A stretch of DNA of 64,000 nucleotides, from NCBI GenBank assembly GCA_038087875.1, contig CM075994.1:3040001-3104000 (forward strand). Reading direction: 5' to 3'. Below are positions 38,474-50,095 of this stretch, piece after piece (the first letter of the stretch is position 1; every line of letters starts with the position of its first letter). Both the position numbers and the translations under genes were made by a program. Below the pieces are notes generated by a model, which was not told the origin of the DNA, searched no databases, and was given only the letters and a program-made list of their open reading frames with translations. Origin of the DNA: Malacoraja senta (taxonomy: Eukaryota).

Positions 38474-40470
38474 GATCTACCCTTCTCCCTCTCCAATTGT
38501 AGATTATAACTGACCATGTTATGGTCACTACCTCCAAATGGCTCATTCACCTCGAGGTCCTTTATTAAAACCCGTTCATTACATAACACTAAATCCAGAA
38601 TTGCCTTCTCCCTGGTAGGCTCCAATACAAGCTGTTCTAAGAATGCCTCACGAAGGCACTCTGCAAAGTCCCTTTCTTGGGGATCAGTATCAACCTGATC
38701 ATCCCAGTCTACCTGCACGTTAAAATCTCCCATAACATCCACAGCATTATTTTTGCTACATGCCATTTTTTACTCCTGATTCAACGCGCTCTATGTCCAG
38801 GCTACTGTTTGGAGGCCTGTAGATTACTCCCATTAGGGTCCTTTTACCCTTACAATTCCTTAGTTCTATCCAAACTGACTCCACATCTCCTGTTTCAATG
38901 TCACCCCTTGCAAGGGACTGAATTTCATTCCTCACCAACAGAGCAACCTCACCCCCCCTGCCCACCTGTCTGTCTCATCGAAAGGAGGTATCCCCTTGAA
39001 TATTCAGTTCCCAGCTCTGGCCCTATTGCAGCCATGTCTCACTAATTCCCACAACATCATTGTTACCCGTTTATAACTGAGCCTCAAGCTCGTGCACTTT
39101 ATTCCTTATACTTCGCGTATTCATAAACTGCACTTTGCCCTCCGTATTCACTTCCCCCCTCGCACCGCTCGCAATTGGCCCTGAGCTTACTCTGTTGTCC
39201 CTTCTCGAGATTTCCTTCTCGAGCTTTCCATCCCATTAATTCGATAATCTTTAGTGATTTTTCCTGTAGCCACTTCACCTTCAACTCCATCTTTAGACTC
39301 CCAATTTGTCAATCCCTCCTCCCATTCTTTAGTTTAAATCCACACGTGTAACGCTAACAAACCTGCCTGCCATAATGTCGGCCCCCCTCCAGTTGAGGTG
39401 CAACACGTTCCTTTCGTACAGGTCACCCCTACCCCAGAAGAGATCCCAGTGGTCTATAAATCTAAATCCTTTCTCCCTGCACCAGTCCCTCGGCCACACA
39501 TTCAGATCCCCTACCTCCCTGTTCCTTTCCTCACCAGCACGAGGTACTGGAAGCAATCCAGAGATAACCAACCTAGAAGTCCGGCATTTCAGTCTTCTTC
39601 CCAACTCTCTGAACTCATGTTGGATAACCTCCTTCCACTTCTTCCCTATGTCGTTTGTGCCTACGTGCACAACTACTGTCGGCTATTCACCTACTCTCTC
39701 GAGGATGTTCTGTATTCGGCTCGTGGCATCCTGAACCCTGGCACCAGGGAGGGAACAGACCATCCTCGCGTCTCGTCTGCCCCCACAGAACCTCTTGTCC
39801 GCTCCTCGAACAATGGGGTCTCCCACCACGAGGGTTCTGCCCGATGTCGGTCTCGCCGGTCGAGTCCCATCTCTAGGATTGGAGCCATAGATGTGTCCGC
39901 CGCTCGGACAGGAAACATCGTCTCCCCGGACAGTTCCCAAGAGGGCGTACCTGTTATCATTAGGCACAGCCACCTGGGTCTTTTGCACTGCACGATTTAT
40001 ACCCTTTCTCTCCGGCACACACCTTGGTTCTTCCCGTATCCTCGGCGTGACTACCACCTTGTAGGTCCTGTCCAGGTTTTCCCGGATTGCCCTGACTTCA
40101 TCCAGTGCCCCAACACGTTCCTTTAGGAGCTGAAGGTGGAACCACTTGCCACAGGTGTAGCAGCCAGAGGTTCCATCCGTGTCCCTGGGCTCCACCATTC
40201 TGCAAGCCTCACATTGTCACATCTGCCACGGCATGTGGTCACCGCGTTCTGTGCTCTCGAGATTTATGCGTAGCCTCCTCTCGTCAGCCTCCTCGCCGAA
40301 GAATCTCGAGCCAAAGACACACACTTTACTCACAAGGCACTTCCAAAGAGGCACACTTTACTCATAAGGTTGCTCCCTCACTGCCGCTCCCAAAGAGCCG
40401 TCTTTCTTATATTGACTGATAAATTGCCTAATTTACCAATTTACCAATTTACAAACCAGATTCCTAAGTT

Positions 40471-41112
40471 TTAAACTGTTTCCCCCCCTGACTCACTTCT
40501 AACTCGCCTCCCACTCGGGCTACAGCAAATCAGTGCTTTTTCCTGCTACTCTTTGCTGTTGTTTCTTCAAAATCTACGGAAGCACTGAGTTTCGTCTGTC
40601 TATGTTTTGCCGCTCTTTTTAAACTGTTTTACACCTCTGACTCACTGCTAACTCTCCTCCCATCGGGCTACAGCGAATCAGTGCCTTTTCCTGCTTTTCT
40701 TTGCTGCTGTTTCTTCAAAATCCTCGGAAGCACTGAGTTAAGTCTGTCTGTGTGTTGACGCTCCTTTTAAATTGTTTCCCCCCTCTGACTCACTTTTAAC
40801 TCTCCTTCCACACGGGTTACAGCCAATCAGTGCTTTTTCCTGCTTCTCTTTGCTGCTCTTTATACAAAATCCACGAAAGCTCTGAGTTCTGTGTGTGCTT
40901 TGCCGCTCTTTTTAAACAGTTTTACCCCTCTGACTCACATCTAACTCTGCTCCCACTCGGGCTACAGCAAATCAGTGCTTTTTCCCGCTTCTCTTTGCTG
41001 CTGTTTCTTCCAAATCCACGGAAGCTCTGAGTTAATTCTGACTGTGTTTTGCCGCTCTTTTTAAACTGTTTTCCCCAACTGACTCACTTCTAACTCTCCT
41101 CCCACTCGGGCT
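40471..41112 (-). repeat. About 4.3 x ~148 bp tandem monomers at the CR1 5' end
   Basis: Unit ttaaactgtt...ctgactcacttctaactc...cgggctacagc starts near 40471, 40619, 40767, 40912 and 41061. Confidence 0.9.
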
Positions 41113-41114
41113 GA

Positions 41115-42500
41115 GGAGAAGGGCGTTGATGAGGTATAGCAGCTCCGTTCCACCTTTCATTAAAATCTCAGCTGGTATCCCATCTGGACCGGTGGCCTTA
41201 TTTTAAGGCTCTTGTTGGCATCCTGAACCTCTGTCATAGTGGAAGGTTCTTCCATGTCTTCTCTGATTGGACTCAGGGGGGTGCGCTGGGTAATGTCTGG
41301 TTCAGTTGTGCTGTCACGGTTGAGGAGTTCTTGGAACTGCTCTTTCCATCGGGCGTTAATGGATTCATTGTCCTTCAGCATTATATTCCGTCTTTTGAGC
41401 GCAGGGGGGTTAAGCCGCGTTAGGTTGTACCATAGACGGCCTTAGTAGCGCTGATGAAGCATCTGGTGTCACTCGAGTCTGCTAATCTCAGGATTCCCCT
41501 ATCTGTCCACCAAGACGCCTTAAATTCCCTCACCCGGCTCTGGACATCCGCCTTGGCTCTGGAGTGAGCCGCTCTTCCAGCCTTACAGGGTACATCATTT
41601 TGCCAGACAAGAAAGGCATTCCATTTCTTGCAGATGAGCTGTTCTATCTATGCGTCCTTTTCGTCAAACCAGTCCTGGTGTTTTCTGGATTTGCACCCAA
41701 GGGTGTTTTTTCAGGTATCAAGGATGGTGGATTTGAACCGGATCCAATGCCCTTCAACATCATCAAGATATTCCTGTTGGAGGATTTCCCCAAGAGAAGC
41801 CTTGAAAGCGCTGATAGGTGGCAGTTTCCTTCAGGCTTTCAAAGTTCAGACTTCTCCAGATCTGCTTCGTTTGAATCCTCCTCTTCCTCTTGAGTTTGAT
41901 GGACATCATGGAGCGGATGAGGCGATGATCAGCCACCTCTCTGATGAACTGGTTCCTGATGGCAAATCCAACACCATGGATCCTGGGCTCTTCTGCAGCT
42001 TTTCCTTTCCAGAAGAAAGTGTAGACACGTTTATCCTCCTTCAGTTACCCTTCGTCTGCCCGCCGGGTTTCAGAAAGGGCAGCTATGTCAATCCGGCATT
42101 TTCTCAGTTCTCTAGCTATGATCTCGCTTCTTCTCTCTGGTCTGTTACTGGTCGCACTATCCAGCAATGTGCGCACATTCCATGCTCCAAAGTTAATTTT
42201 GATATTTCTAGGTTTCTGACGCGGTAATCCAGTCGGTAATTTGAGGCAGGCTATTTTTAGGACATTTTCTAGCCCTTTCCCCAAGTGGGGTGAGCAGAGT
42301 GGATCCTAAAGAGGACTGCTCATTCTTGGGTGTAGCTTCCGGTGGACTCTTCGGCCTCGTTCCAAGATTCCAGCGACTGAATCTGGCACCCACCGCCTAA
42401 TGTACCAGCTCATGACTAGGGTCTTCCAAATCTTACACTTCTTCCCCCGTCGCCACTTGCTGATCCAGGGTGTTAGGTGGATTCCGTATATGGAAGACGC
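41115..42500 (-). mobile_element. RTE-clade LINE fragment (endonuclease N-terminus and linker)
   Basis: FGAWNVRTLLD...RPERRSEIIAREL...IDIAALSETR and INARWKEQFQELLNR. Confidence 0.88.
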
Positions 42501-42849
42501 CGTTACTGAAAATTTGTCCCGTTATAATTGTTGGAATAAAGAACACGAAACACCTTTGCATGTCACGGGCATTTCATTTAATTGTCAATAGAAGACAATT
42601 TAATATCTTCACAGAGCGTTGACTCTTTATTTCATGGATAATTAATGTTCACGGATTTTTTGAGGTAGACAACGTGTAGGAAACAATCGAAATCTTACGT
42701 ATTATACATAATAAATTCCCATGTCTAGAAGTTCCCCATGTCGCCCATTTATTTTAACTGTGCCCAGGATACTGATGCGGCCTTTATCACGCCCTCTGCA
42801 TGTCATGTGGGATAACCTATACTTATTTTCATACATTTGATATTAACAT

Positions 42850-43295
42850 ATGATGAGCGTTTGAGTGCACTGGGCCTGTATCGCTGGAGTTCAAAACAAA
42901 GCGGGAATGGTCTCATTGAGACGTACAGCACAATGAAAGGCTTGGATGAAGTGGATGAGTAAAGGATGTTTCCACCAGTGATATAATCTAGGACTAGCGG
43001 TCATAGCCTCAGAATTAAAGGACGTTCTTTTAGGAAGGAGATGAGGATTATTATCGTTAGTGAATCTGTGGAGTTCTTTGCCTCAGAAGGCTGTGGAGAC
43101 TAAGTCAGTGGATGTTTTTTAGACAAAGTTTGATAGATTCTTGATTAGTACAGTTGTCAGAGGTTATGGGGAGAGGTCAGGGGAATGGGGTTAGCAGGGA
43201 GAGATATATCAGCCATGATTGAATGGTGGATAAGACTTGACGGGCCGAAATGCCTTATTCTGCTCCTATCACATATGATCTTATGATCTTATGAT
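42850..43295 (+). mobile_element. Old CR1 3' fragment
   Basis: atatgatgagcgtttg...cagccatgattgaatgg...(TATGATCT)n tail. Confidence 0.85.
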
Positions 43296-43704
43296 TTGTG
43301 TTGCCTCCTTGGTCAATAAATTTAGTCATCATGTGCAATATTAATATACAGCAGATTTATACTTATGGCATCACCCGCGCTCTTTCAGGTTTGGTTTTAT
43401 TCATTTTAACTGCATAGACAGTATCTGGTTGATTTTGATAAACGTTCAAAGCTCACGAACATGTTGAGAACCATGCCATAACTGGCTAAAATAAAATGAT
43501 TCATTTTCTAGGCCAAAAATTGCTTCCAAATAGATTGGTCATCGGTCTATTAGTCCGCAAATTATTGTATTGCCATGTTTGGGCTTCCGTTCCAAATAAG
43601 GCAAGCATTATGTATAGTTTACATAACATTTAATAAAACACTAATAACAAAACATAATTAAGTGGAAGCAATCAAATGGTAACACGATTTGTGTTCGTTT
43701 TCAG

Positions 43705-43740
43705 ACGTGGCGACGGTAACTGCACAGCTGCAAGATTGTG
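43705..43740 (+). CDS. Micro-exon, 36 bp, phase 1-1 (DVATVTAQLQDC)
   Basis: Acceptor ttcgttttcag, donor G|gtacgt. Confidence 0.72.
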
Positions 43741-44123
43741 GTACGTTTGCCTACCCATCTGTTTCTCATGTGGATATCAGCAATCCAGCAAAATATATGG
43801 CATACCTGATTTGATCATCCGTGGACTGCGTCCTGCAGAACGTATCTTCCTGTCTGAAACTTTTCTGTGTGTAAAGTCCGACATTGTTTACATTTTGCAA
43901 ACGATTTCATGCATACTCAATATATTGACGCCTTTTAGAAATACATGCGGCATATGAAGCATGCTATAAAAATTGGGTGGTAACAATTCCAGTTTTCCCA
44001 TGTCTAAAATGTTTGAATTAACTTAAAAGAAAATTATTCACGTACTGTTATTCTACAATGTAATGATTGTTCATTTGTTCCCTGATACTCTGATGATTAT
44101 CAACGCCACTATAATTATTTTAG

Positions 44124-44150
44124 CGAAAAGTCTACTCGAGAAGAAAACTG
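44124..44150 (+). CDS. Micro-exon, 27 bp, phase 1-1 (AKSLLEKKT)
   Basis: Acceptor attattttag, donor CTG|gtgagg. Confidence 0.75.
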
Positions 44151-45188
44151 GTGAGGAAATGCGTAATCATTGTTCGGTTTAAATTTGTATATTTTCAATA
44201 AAATCATATCGTTGCCAAGCAATTTCGTTGAGCTGTGGCACACTGCACATTCTTAGATATATTAAACATGGATTATTTTCCACTAGAGGTGCACTCATGG
44301 GGTTTAAGGTGAATGACTGTCATCCTTCAGGGCCTTTCCTTTTATTCCTTCTCAATTGCTCCATGAAGTTGGCTTCTGCATGTTGGAACATGAAAGCTGA
44401 AGAAGAACGGGTAGTTAAGCCGGCAACATTGATCTTCCGGGAGCAGTTGCATTCAGCAAAGTGTCCGACAATGAGTTATTGTCATCGGTAGCTCGAGTAT
44501 TGCTTGCGTCACATTATTTACGTCAAGGCTAGCAGTCATAAGGAGCAACAAACATAAACATTGGATTGGAATAATGCGTTCGCGGACATGGTCCACTTAA
44601 AATCTTTATTTCCCTTTGCACTATATTCATTATATTTTGGACATTTGTAACATTTCCAATTCAATGTTTGGATTAATATTAATGTGCTTACATTTTAGTT
44701 GCTGACTTTTATATCGTTTAATTCTGTTATGTACTTTAGTGATACAACGTATGGCTAGTAACTAGACCAATGCTCTTTCGTGTCAATTATCTAGCTTCGT
44801 CACGAAGACGTGCTACTTTTATTCGACTGTAGGCACAGTTCGTTCACATCTGGAATTTGCATCGTTGATTCCTGTTGAGACGAAAACTGGCATAAGTTCC
44901 GGAGATGAAACGTTCAGAAGAAACATAAATTAGGTTTTGAGGAATATGTTATTTCTGAGTAAGTTCCAACAAGTTATGAATGTCTTAGAGCTATAGAAAT
45001 AATGGTTTCCCAATACACATGCAACAGCACTTCATTGACATTGGCAACGACACATCACTTTTCTGATTTATGTTGGATATACATCAATTGTATTGTGGTC
45101 CAGCACTTCAGGACTTAAAATATCACAATGTAATTCCACTAAAATGTAGCTTTCCATATATGTTTTAATGTTTCTGATTTACCCACAG

Positions 45189-45224
45189 AACTAGATGATG
45201 TGACTAAAGCTCTACTCGACGCTG
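45189..45224 (+). CDS. Micro-exon, 36 bp, phase 1-1 (ELDDVTKALLDA)
   Basis: Acceptor tttacccacag, donor CTG|gtacgt. Confidence 0.75.
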
Positions 45225-46068
45225 GTACGTGGGGAAGTATCATTCAAATTGTTCTGTTATATCCTGCGTCGGAATAGAAGATCAATGTTCAGCTTCTTAC
45301 TGAGATGTTGTTTGAAGAACAAGCAGTATAATTGTTTTATATTTTAATACTTGGCAAACATATTGATTATAAAATAAACAGCACCATGTTATCGTGAAAT
45401 CTATGCATTTCAAAGTGCAAAAACAGTAAGAGTTTAAAAACGAACCACTTCCCAATCTCCCGGAAATCTTAGGGGATGTTGTTAAGGAATACACAATGTC
45501 AGGGGATTTTAGGGGATTAAAACCATACATACAAAAATAGTAACGTTTGTTTTAGTGCAACAATTGTATGTAACAACAGTACATCAAAGCAGTGGCTATT
45601 TCGATTGAAACAAAAAAAATGATTTTCGCACAACGCAAATGATTCGGAGCGAAATTCCATTTAACTCCTTATAAAACATATTAATTATTCAAACGAATAA
45701 ATATATAATAAAATATATTCATATAATACGGAAAAGGAATCTTGTAGAAATGGTGGCGTGACGTTTATCAAATTATGTATACACAGCAGCTCAACTCTTG
45801 GGGTTATGATTTTTTTTGGAACAGCAATCGAAGAAAGGACAGACGCACACTTTAGTATGATGGTGTCATCCATAACACATTGCAAATTATCAATGTTAGA
45901 GCCCATATCGCTAGTCATCCCTTTGTTTCACAAGCAAATATATTCGTTGTATTAAGGAGAGTGGAAATAAGTATTAACATTTCGGATGGTGAATGTAGGG
46001 CTCCTTGGATTGGTTAGATGCTTTGCTGCGAAAATATGCATGAATCAATAACTATTTATGTTTGATAG

Positions 46069-46095
46069 AACGAACTTTAAGCCGGAAAAAAAAAG
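46069..46095 (+). CDS. Micro-exon, 27 bp, phase 1-1 (ERTLSRKKK)
   Basis: Acceptor tttatgtttgatag, donor AAG|gtaatc. Confidence 0.72.
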
Positions 46096-46237
46096 GTAAT
46101 CTCAGGCACGAGAGGCTGCTTTTTTTACGGCTGAATATTACCAAATTGTACAGAATATTTTCGAAGTAATAATTTCAAACGACTATTAATTTAATTCCAC
46201 TGTTAGTAATTGTATTAAACATTTTTCTCACATTTAG

Positions 46238-46264
46238 AAATAATTGAACACGTGGAAGAGGACG
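46238..46264 (+). CDS. Micro-exon, 27 bp, phase 1-1 (EIIEHVEED)
   Basis: Acceptor ttttctcacatttag, donor G|gtgagg. Confidence 0.72.
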
Positions 46265-47252
46265 GTGAGGAACTATGTTTTAAAGAGCCAATAAGTATGC
46301 TAATAGATATAGGATAGGGTGGGTCATCCTCAATGGAAAGCAGTCAATGCGGTGACTACGTTATTTATTAATGTAAGAGAGCCACAGTTACAATATATAT
46401 TGAGAATCGGTTTTTTTTCTGGGAAGGGACTTTAAATATCAAATGTTTAGTGTGCTGCGTAACAAGTCTAAAGGAGTTCTGAAGAGTTGAGTTTTCACAC
46501 CAGCTGGTTGTGAATACCTGGACTAAGCTCTCAAAAGGCATGATGTTGACCGATACAATAATAACGATTGAAAGACGTTTCCACAAGCACTTGGATAGGG
46601 AAGGAGTGGAGGAAACGGGCGTAATTCAGTCAAGTGGGATTTTAAAAAGTAGTGCACCGCATTTGGCATGGATAAGGGTACGATTTTATTATTCTAATTT
46701 CTTAAAGGGGAATTGTTCAATGTGAAAAAGGTAACCTAGGAAAGTCAATTTTTACTTAGCAACAGACCACACGTTGAGAAAGTGACATGTTTTTAATACC
46801 TAGGTCATTCAATCGATATTATGCATGGAAATAAGGCTGCTACCGTATTGGGTAGCATCGAAGTTCAGCTCGGTAATGTTTTAGCGATCACTCCTTGCGA
46901 ATTTCATAAGGACGTTAAGACACTTGTTCCTCTCTGTGTTTAGCAGCGATAGTGAAAGCAGTTGGAACTACACCAAACATGACCATCTTATTACTTGCAT
47001 ATTTGCTTCCTTTCATTGCATGAAAACGAACGAAAGCAAAGTGTCATGTAACCACAATATAATCATTATATCTAACGCTCATAAATTATTTGTTTAAGAT
47101 ATCGCATGTACGCCGTTGCTTTGGAATAATGAGTTGATGTCTACGTCCATAAAACAGCAATCATGCCGAGTATCGTATCATCAGGCTGGGAAATATAGTA
47201 CAGACAATTTAGACTCTAAATTACCATATTTATTGTTTTCTTCATCACGCAG

Positions 47253-47279
47253 AGAGAGTGGCGCTTGAGATACAGAGAG
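47253..47279 (+). CDS. Micro-exon, 27 bp, phase 1-1 (ERVALEIQR)
   Basis: Acceptor ttttcttcatcacgcag, donor GAG|gtgaat. Confidence 0.7.
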
Positions 47280-48449
47280 GTGAATACTTTTATATTATTT
47301 CGCCTTGATATAAAACGGGTCTTGACTGCCGGACCAGTTTCACACGATAACTGGGAAAACGTGCAATATTACATTTGCACATATGCCACTGTAAATGTAG
47401 CTTTCGTGCCAAATGGTACGTGTGTATTTGAAACAATATGATATTTCAAATTTACTTACTGGGCCAATATTCCGCACAATAATCGGCCCATTTTATTTTG
47501 CACAAATAACTTTCCCTCAAATTTAATCGGCAACATTTCTTTACCTCACCTTTGCGATACGAGCTCTGAGCAGACATTGTTATGTGCGTGAGAAGACTAT
47601 GCCAAAACGATGTTAACCTCTATCCTGATTGCAATGTGAATTGCAAATCGAATTTCACTATATCTTAATTGGTATATTTGACAATAAACTGAACTTGAAT
47701 TATATATGATGGAAGCGTATTATTGCGTTGGCATTTAATTGATCATGGAACTTTGGAACGTACTTTTGACTCTCTCTTCTTGCGAATTGATGCGTCTTGT
47801 TCATGTATGCATTCATGCTGTACTTTACTTGCAGTTCCAGGATTTAGATTGTGTGTTGCCGCTATCATAACTCGAAGCGCGGAGGGCACATGATGTTTGC
47901 AGAAGTCCCAGTATCATGTTTACCATAACTTTGACCTCGATTATTTGGAATTTTAACTCGAATTAACCAATAGGACAAAACACAATTTTACAAGGATGCC
48001 ATTTTGACATGGTTTTGTTTTTTTGTTTTTTTAATCCACATGGCAGGCTTTATTTTGGTCGTCTTTATTACAGGTGAAAGGCAATACTGCAAAATGACAA
48101 TTTAAAATCAGGAGACGTTTCCTTGGAAAGAAAGTCAGAATGAATTACTACTCGTCTTTATTGTTGGATTTTCTCTTTGTTCCCTTCCGAAGTACTAAAG
48201 TGAAGCGTGGCTAAGGAGTTGCCTGAAACGTTGAAAAATGCAGTGAATGCTTCACGCTAAAATTTAATCAACTATTGTTAGCATGCGTTTTCGGCAAGTC
48301 CTGAGGATATATTCTTCCCTGAAATTACGTGTAGAGCGCAATGACGAAATCACGATTTGAATAACTTTGCTGCCTATTAACGGGGAATGTGCAAAGCATT
48401 GATTAATGTTTGCCCGTATTTAATTCACAATATTTGCATTTTATGTTAG

Positions 48450-48485
48450 AGAAAGAGAGATTGGCTAGAGTTCAAGAGGATATTG
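48450..48485 (+). CDS. Micro-exon, 36 bp, phase 1-1 (EKERLARVQEDI)
   Basis: Acceptor ttttatgttag, donor TTG|gtaaag. Confidence 0.72.
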
Positions 48486-48771
48486 GTAAAGTTGACATTT
48501 AATTATTTATTTTCTTTATAAAACGTATTTAAATGTGTTAAGAAAAAATACAAAAAAGAATGGCATACTTGTATGTTCAAACAAAATCTGTAGATAAAAC
48601 AGAGTGTTAGCCGATAAGGCAACAAAAAACATTAAACATTTTAGGAATGCATATCGCCTTCTACTGATTTCATAATTGTTCATAACAATTCCCGTCCACC
48701 AATTTGTGCACTTCTACTTTCGCTATATTGTGATATCACATGTATTGTTAACGGCTCACGTTTTTCAACAG

Positions 48772-48798
48772 AGGAACTGCTGGCTTTAGAATTTCTAG
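48772..48798 (+). CDS. Micro-exon, 27 bp, phase 1-1 (EELLALEFL)
   Basis: Acceptor tttttcaacag, donor TAG|gtagtg. Confidence 0.65.
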
Positions 48799-49684
48799 GT
48801 AGTGTATCATCGTGAATATACTAATCTCTAAAAATCTGCAGAAAACTGCCACATTAGCATTTTTAAAATCTCCTTCTCTATTGTCCTTCGCGGATGAAAT
48901 ATGTCATCTTTTATAACTGTGTGTTACCTGAGACCTACAAACCGCCACTGTATACGTAAGTCCTAATTTAGTTCCGCAATGCATATTAGTATAATAATAG
49001 TTTTTCACCACATAATATCTGACTGACAGGAATTTATTAGCATTTTTATCAGTTCATGTCTCATATTTACGCTCATTGTAACTCCTCTACCATTTGAATG
49101 TTCTTCTTAAATTTAGCTGAATCTTTAATTAACATCATTCATTCGCATAAAACCTGTTTCATCGTTAATATAAAGTCATGCAAATAGACGAATGAAATGT
49201 TTTCGCTGCATTTGTCGAAGTTGTTAATGTGACCCTCAAACCGAATATCAGATTGGAGACGTGCTGCACAAACTGTCCATTTCAATCCCTGAATGGACAT
49301 CTTAATGGAATCACTTCATACAATACTTTTGTAATTCTTGTCGCCAGCCTTCAATAATTATTCTAAAGAGTACAAACAATTGAAGATCGACAATTAATTA
49401 TTATGTGTCTGCATCAACAGATTCATAATAAGTACATTCTGGTTAACATTGCGTTTGGAATAATCATGTCAACGTTGCCAGTCATTTAAGCTGTACAACG
49501 CGAGGAAGGCGATCTGCTCTTCATTCCTTGTTTTTTGTACCTGTTTCAATTGAAATGAAAAGCCTAGCAAGCTCCTATCATGATAGCATCACACCTGCAA
49601 CGATTCATTATTACAGACGTTATTTACGCAGTCACCTCCTTTTTTTTAAACATTTTAATACAATGTTCATCAACCCTTCTACAG

Positions 49685-49711
49685 AAATAAAAAGCCTCCG
49701 TGATAACTGCG
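49685..49711 (+). CDS. Micro-exon, 27 bp, phase 1-1 (EIKSLRDNC)
   Basis: Acceptor cccttctacag, donor G|gtaagt. Confidence 0.72.
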
Positions 49712-49834
49712 GTAAGTGCGACATTTTAGCTATATTTCACTAGCGCTCGCTTCCTTGCTCTACTACAAAACCTTAACTCAAGTGTGAAACATGAATGCCA
49801 ATATGCAAAACGGTAAATATAGCGTCTATCCAAA

Positions 49835-50095
49835 CATCCATTCATCCATCCATCCACGGTCTCTCCGTCCATCCGTACATCCGTACACCGGTCCTTCCTG
49901 TCTGTCTGTATGTCTGTCTGTATGTCTGTGTGTCTGTCTGTCTGTCTATCTGTCTGTCTGTCTGTCCGTCTGTCTGTCGGTCTGTCTGTCTGTATGTCTG
50001 TCTGTCTCTATATCTGCTGTCTGTCTGTCTGACTGTCCGACTGTCTGACTCTCTGACTGTCTGTCTGACTGTCTGTCTGTCTTTCGCTCTATCTA
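49835..50095. repeat. Compound microsatellite (ATCC)n / (TGTC)n
   Basis: Direct observation. Confidence 0.95.

Larger units (their letters stand above)
37000..41112 (-). mobile_element. Degenerate CR1 (family C) with ORF1, EN and a 5' tandem monomer array, interrupted by a family A insertion
   Basis: ORF1 motifs VVGDPIVRG, CSLPGA and HVGTNDI (39329-40230); EN motifs MGDFN and GSDHNMV (38470-38965); sequence continues at 37000-37221. Confidence 0.88.

Noticed and set aside
48760..48835. Minus-strand 76-bp exon candidate (FLEISIFTMIHYLEILKPAVPLLKN)
   Set aside because: It overlaps a + strand micro-exon that fits the array pattern, and no coherent minus-strand gene was found.
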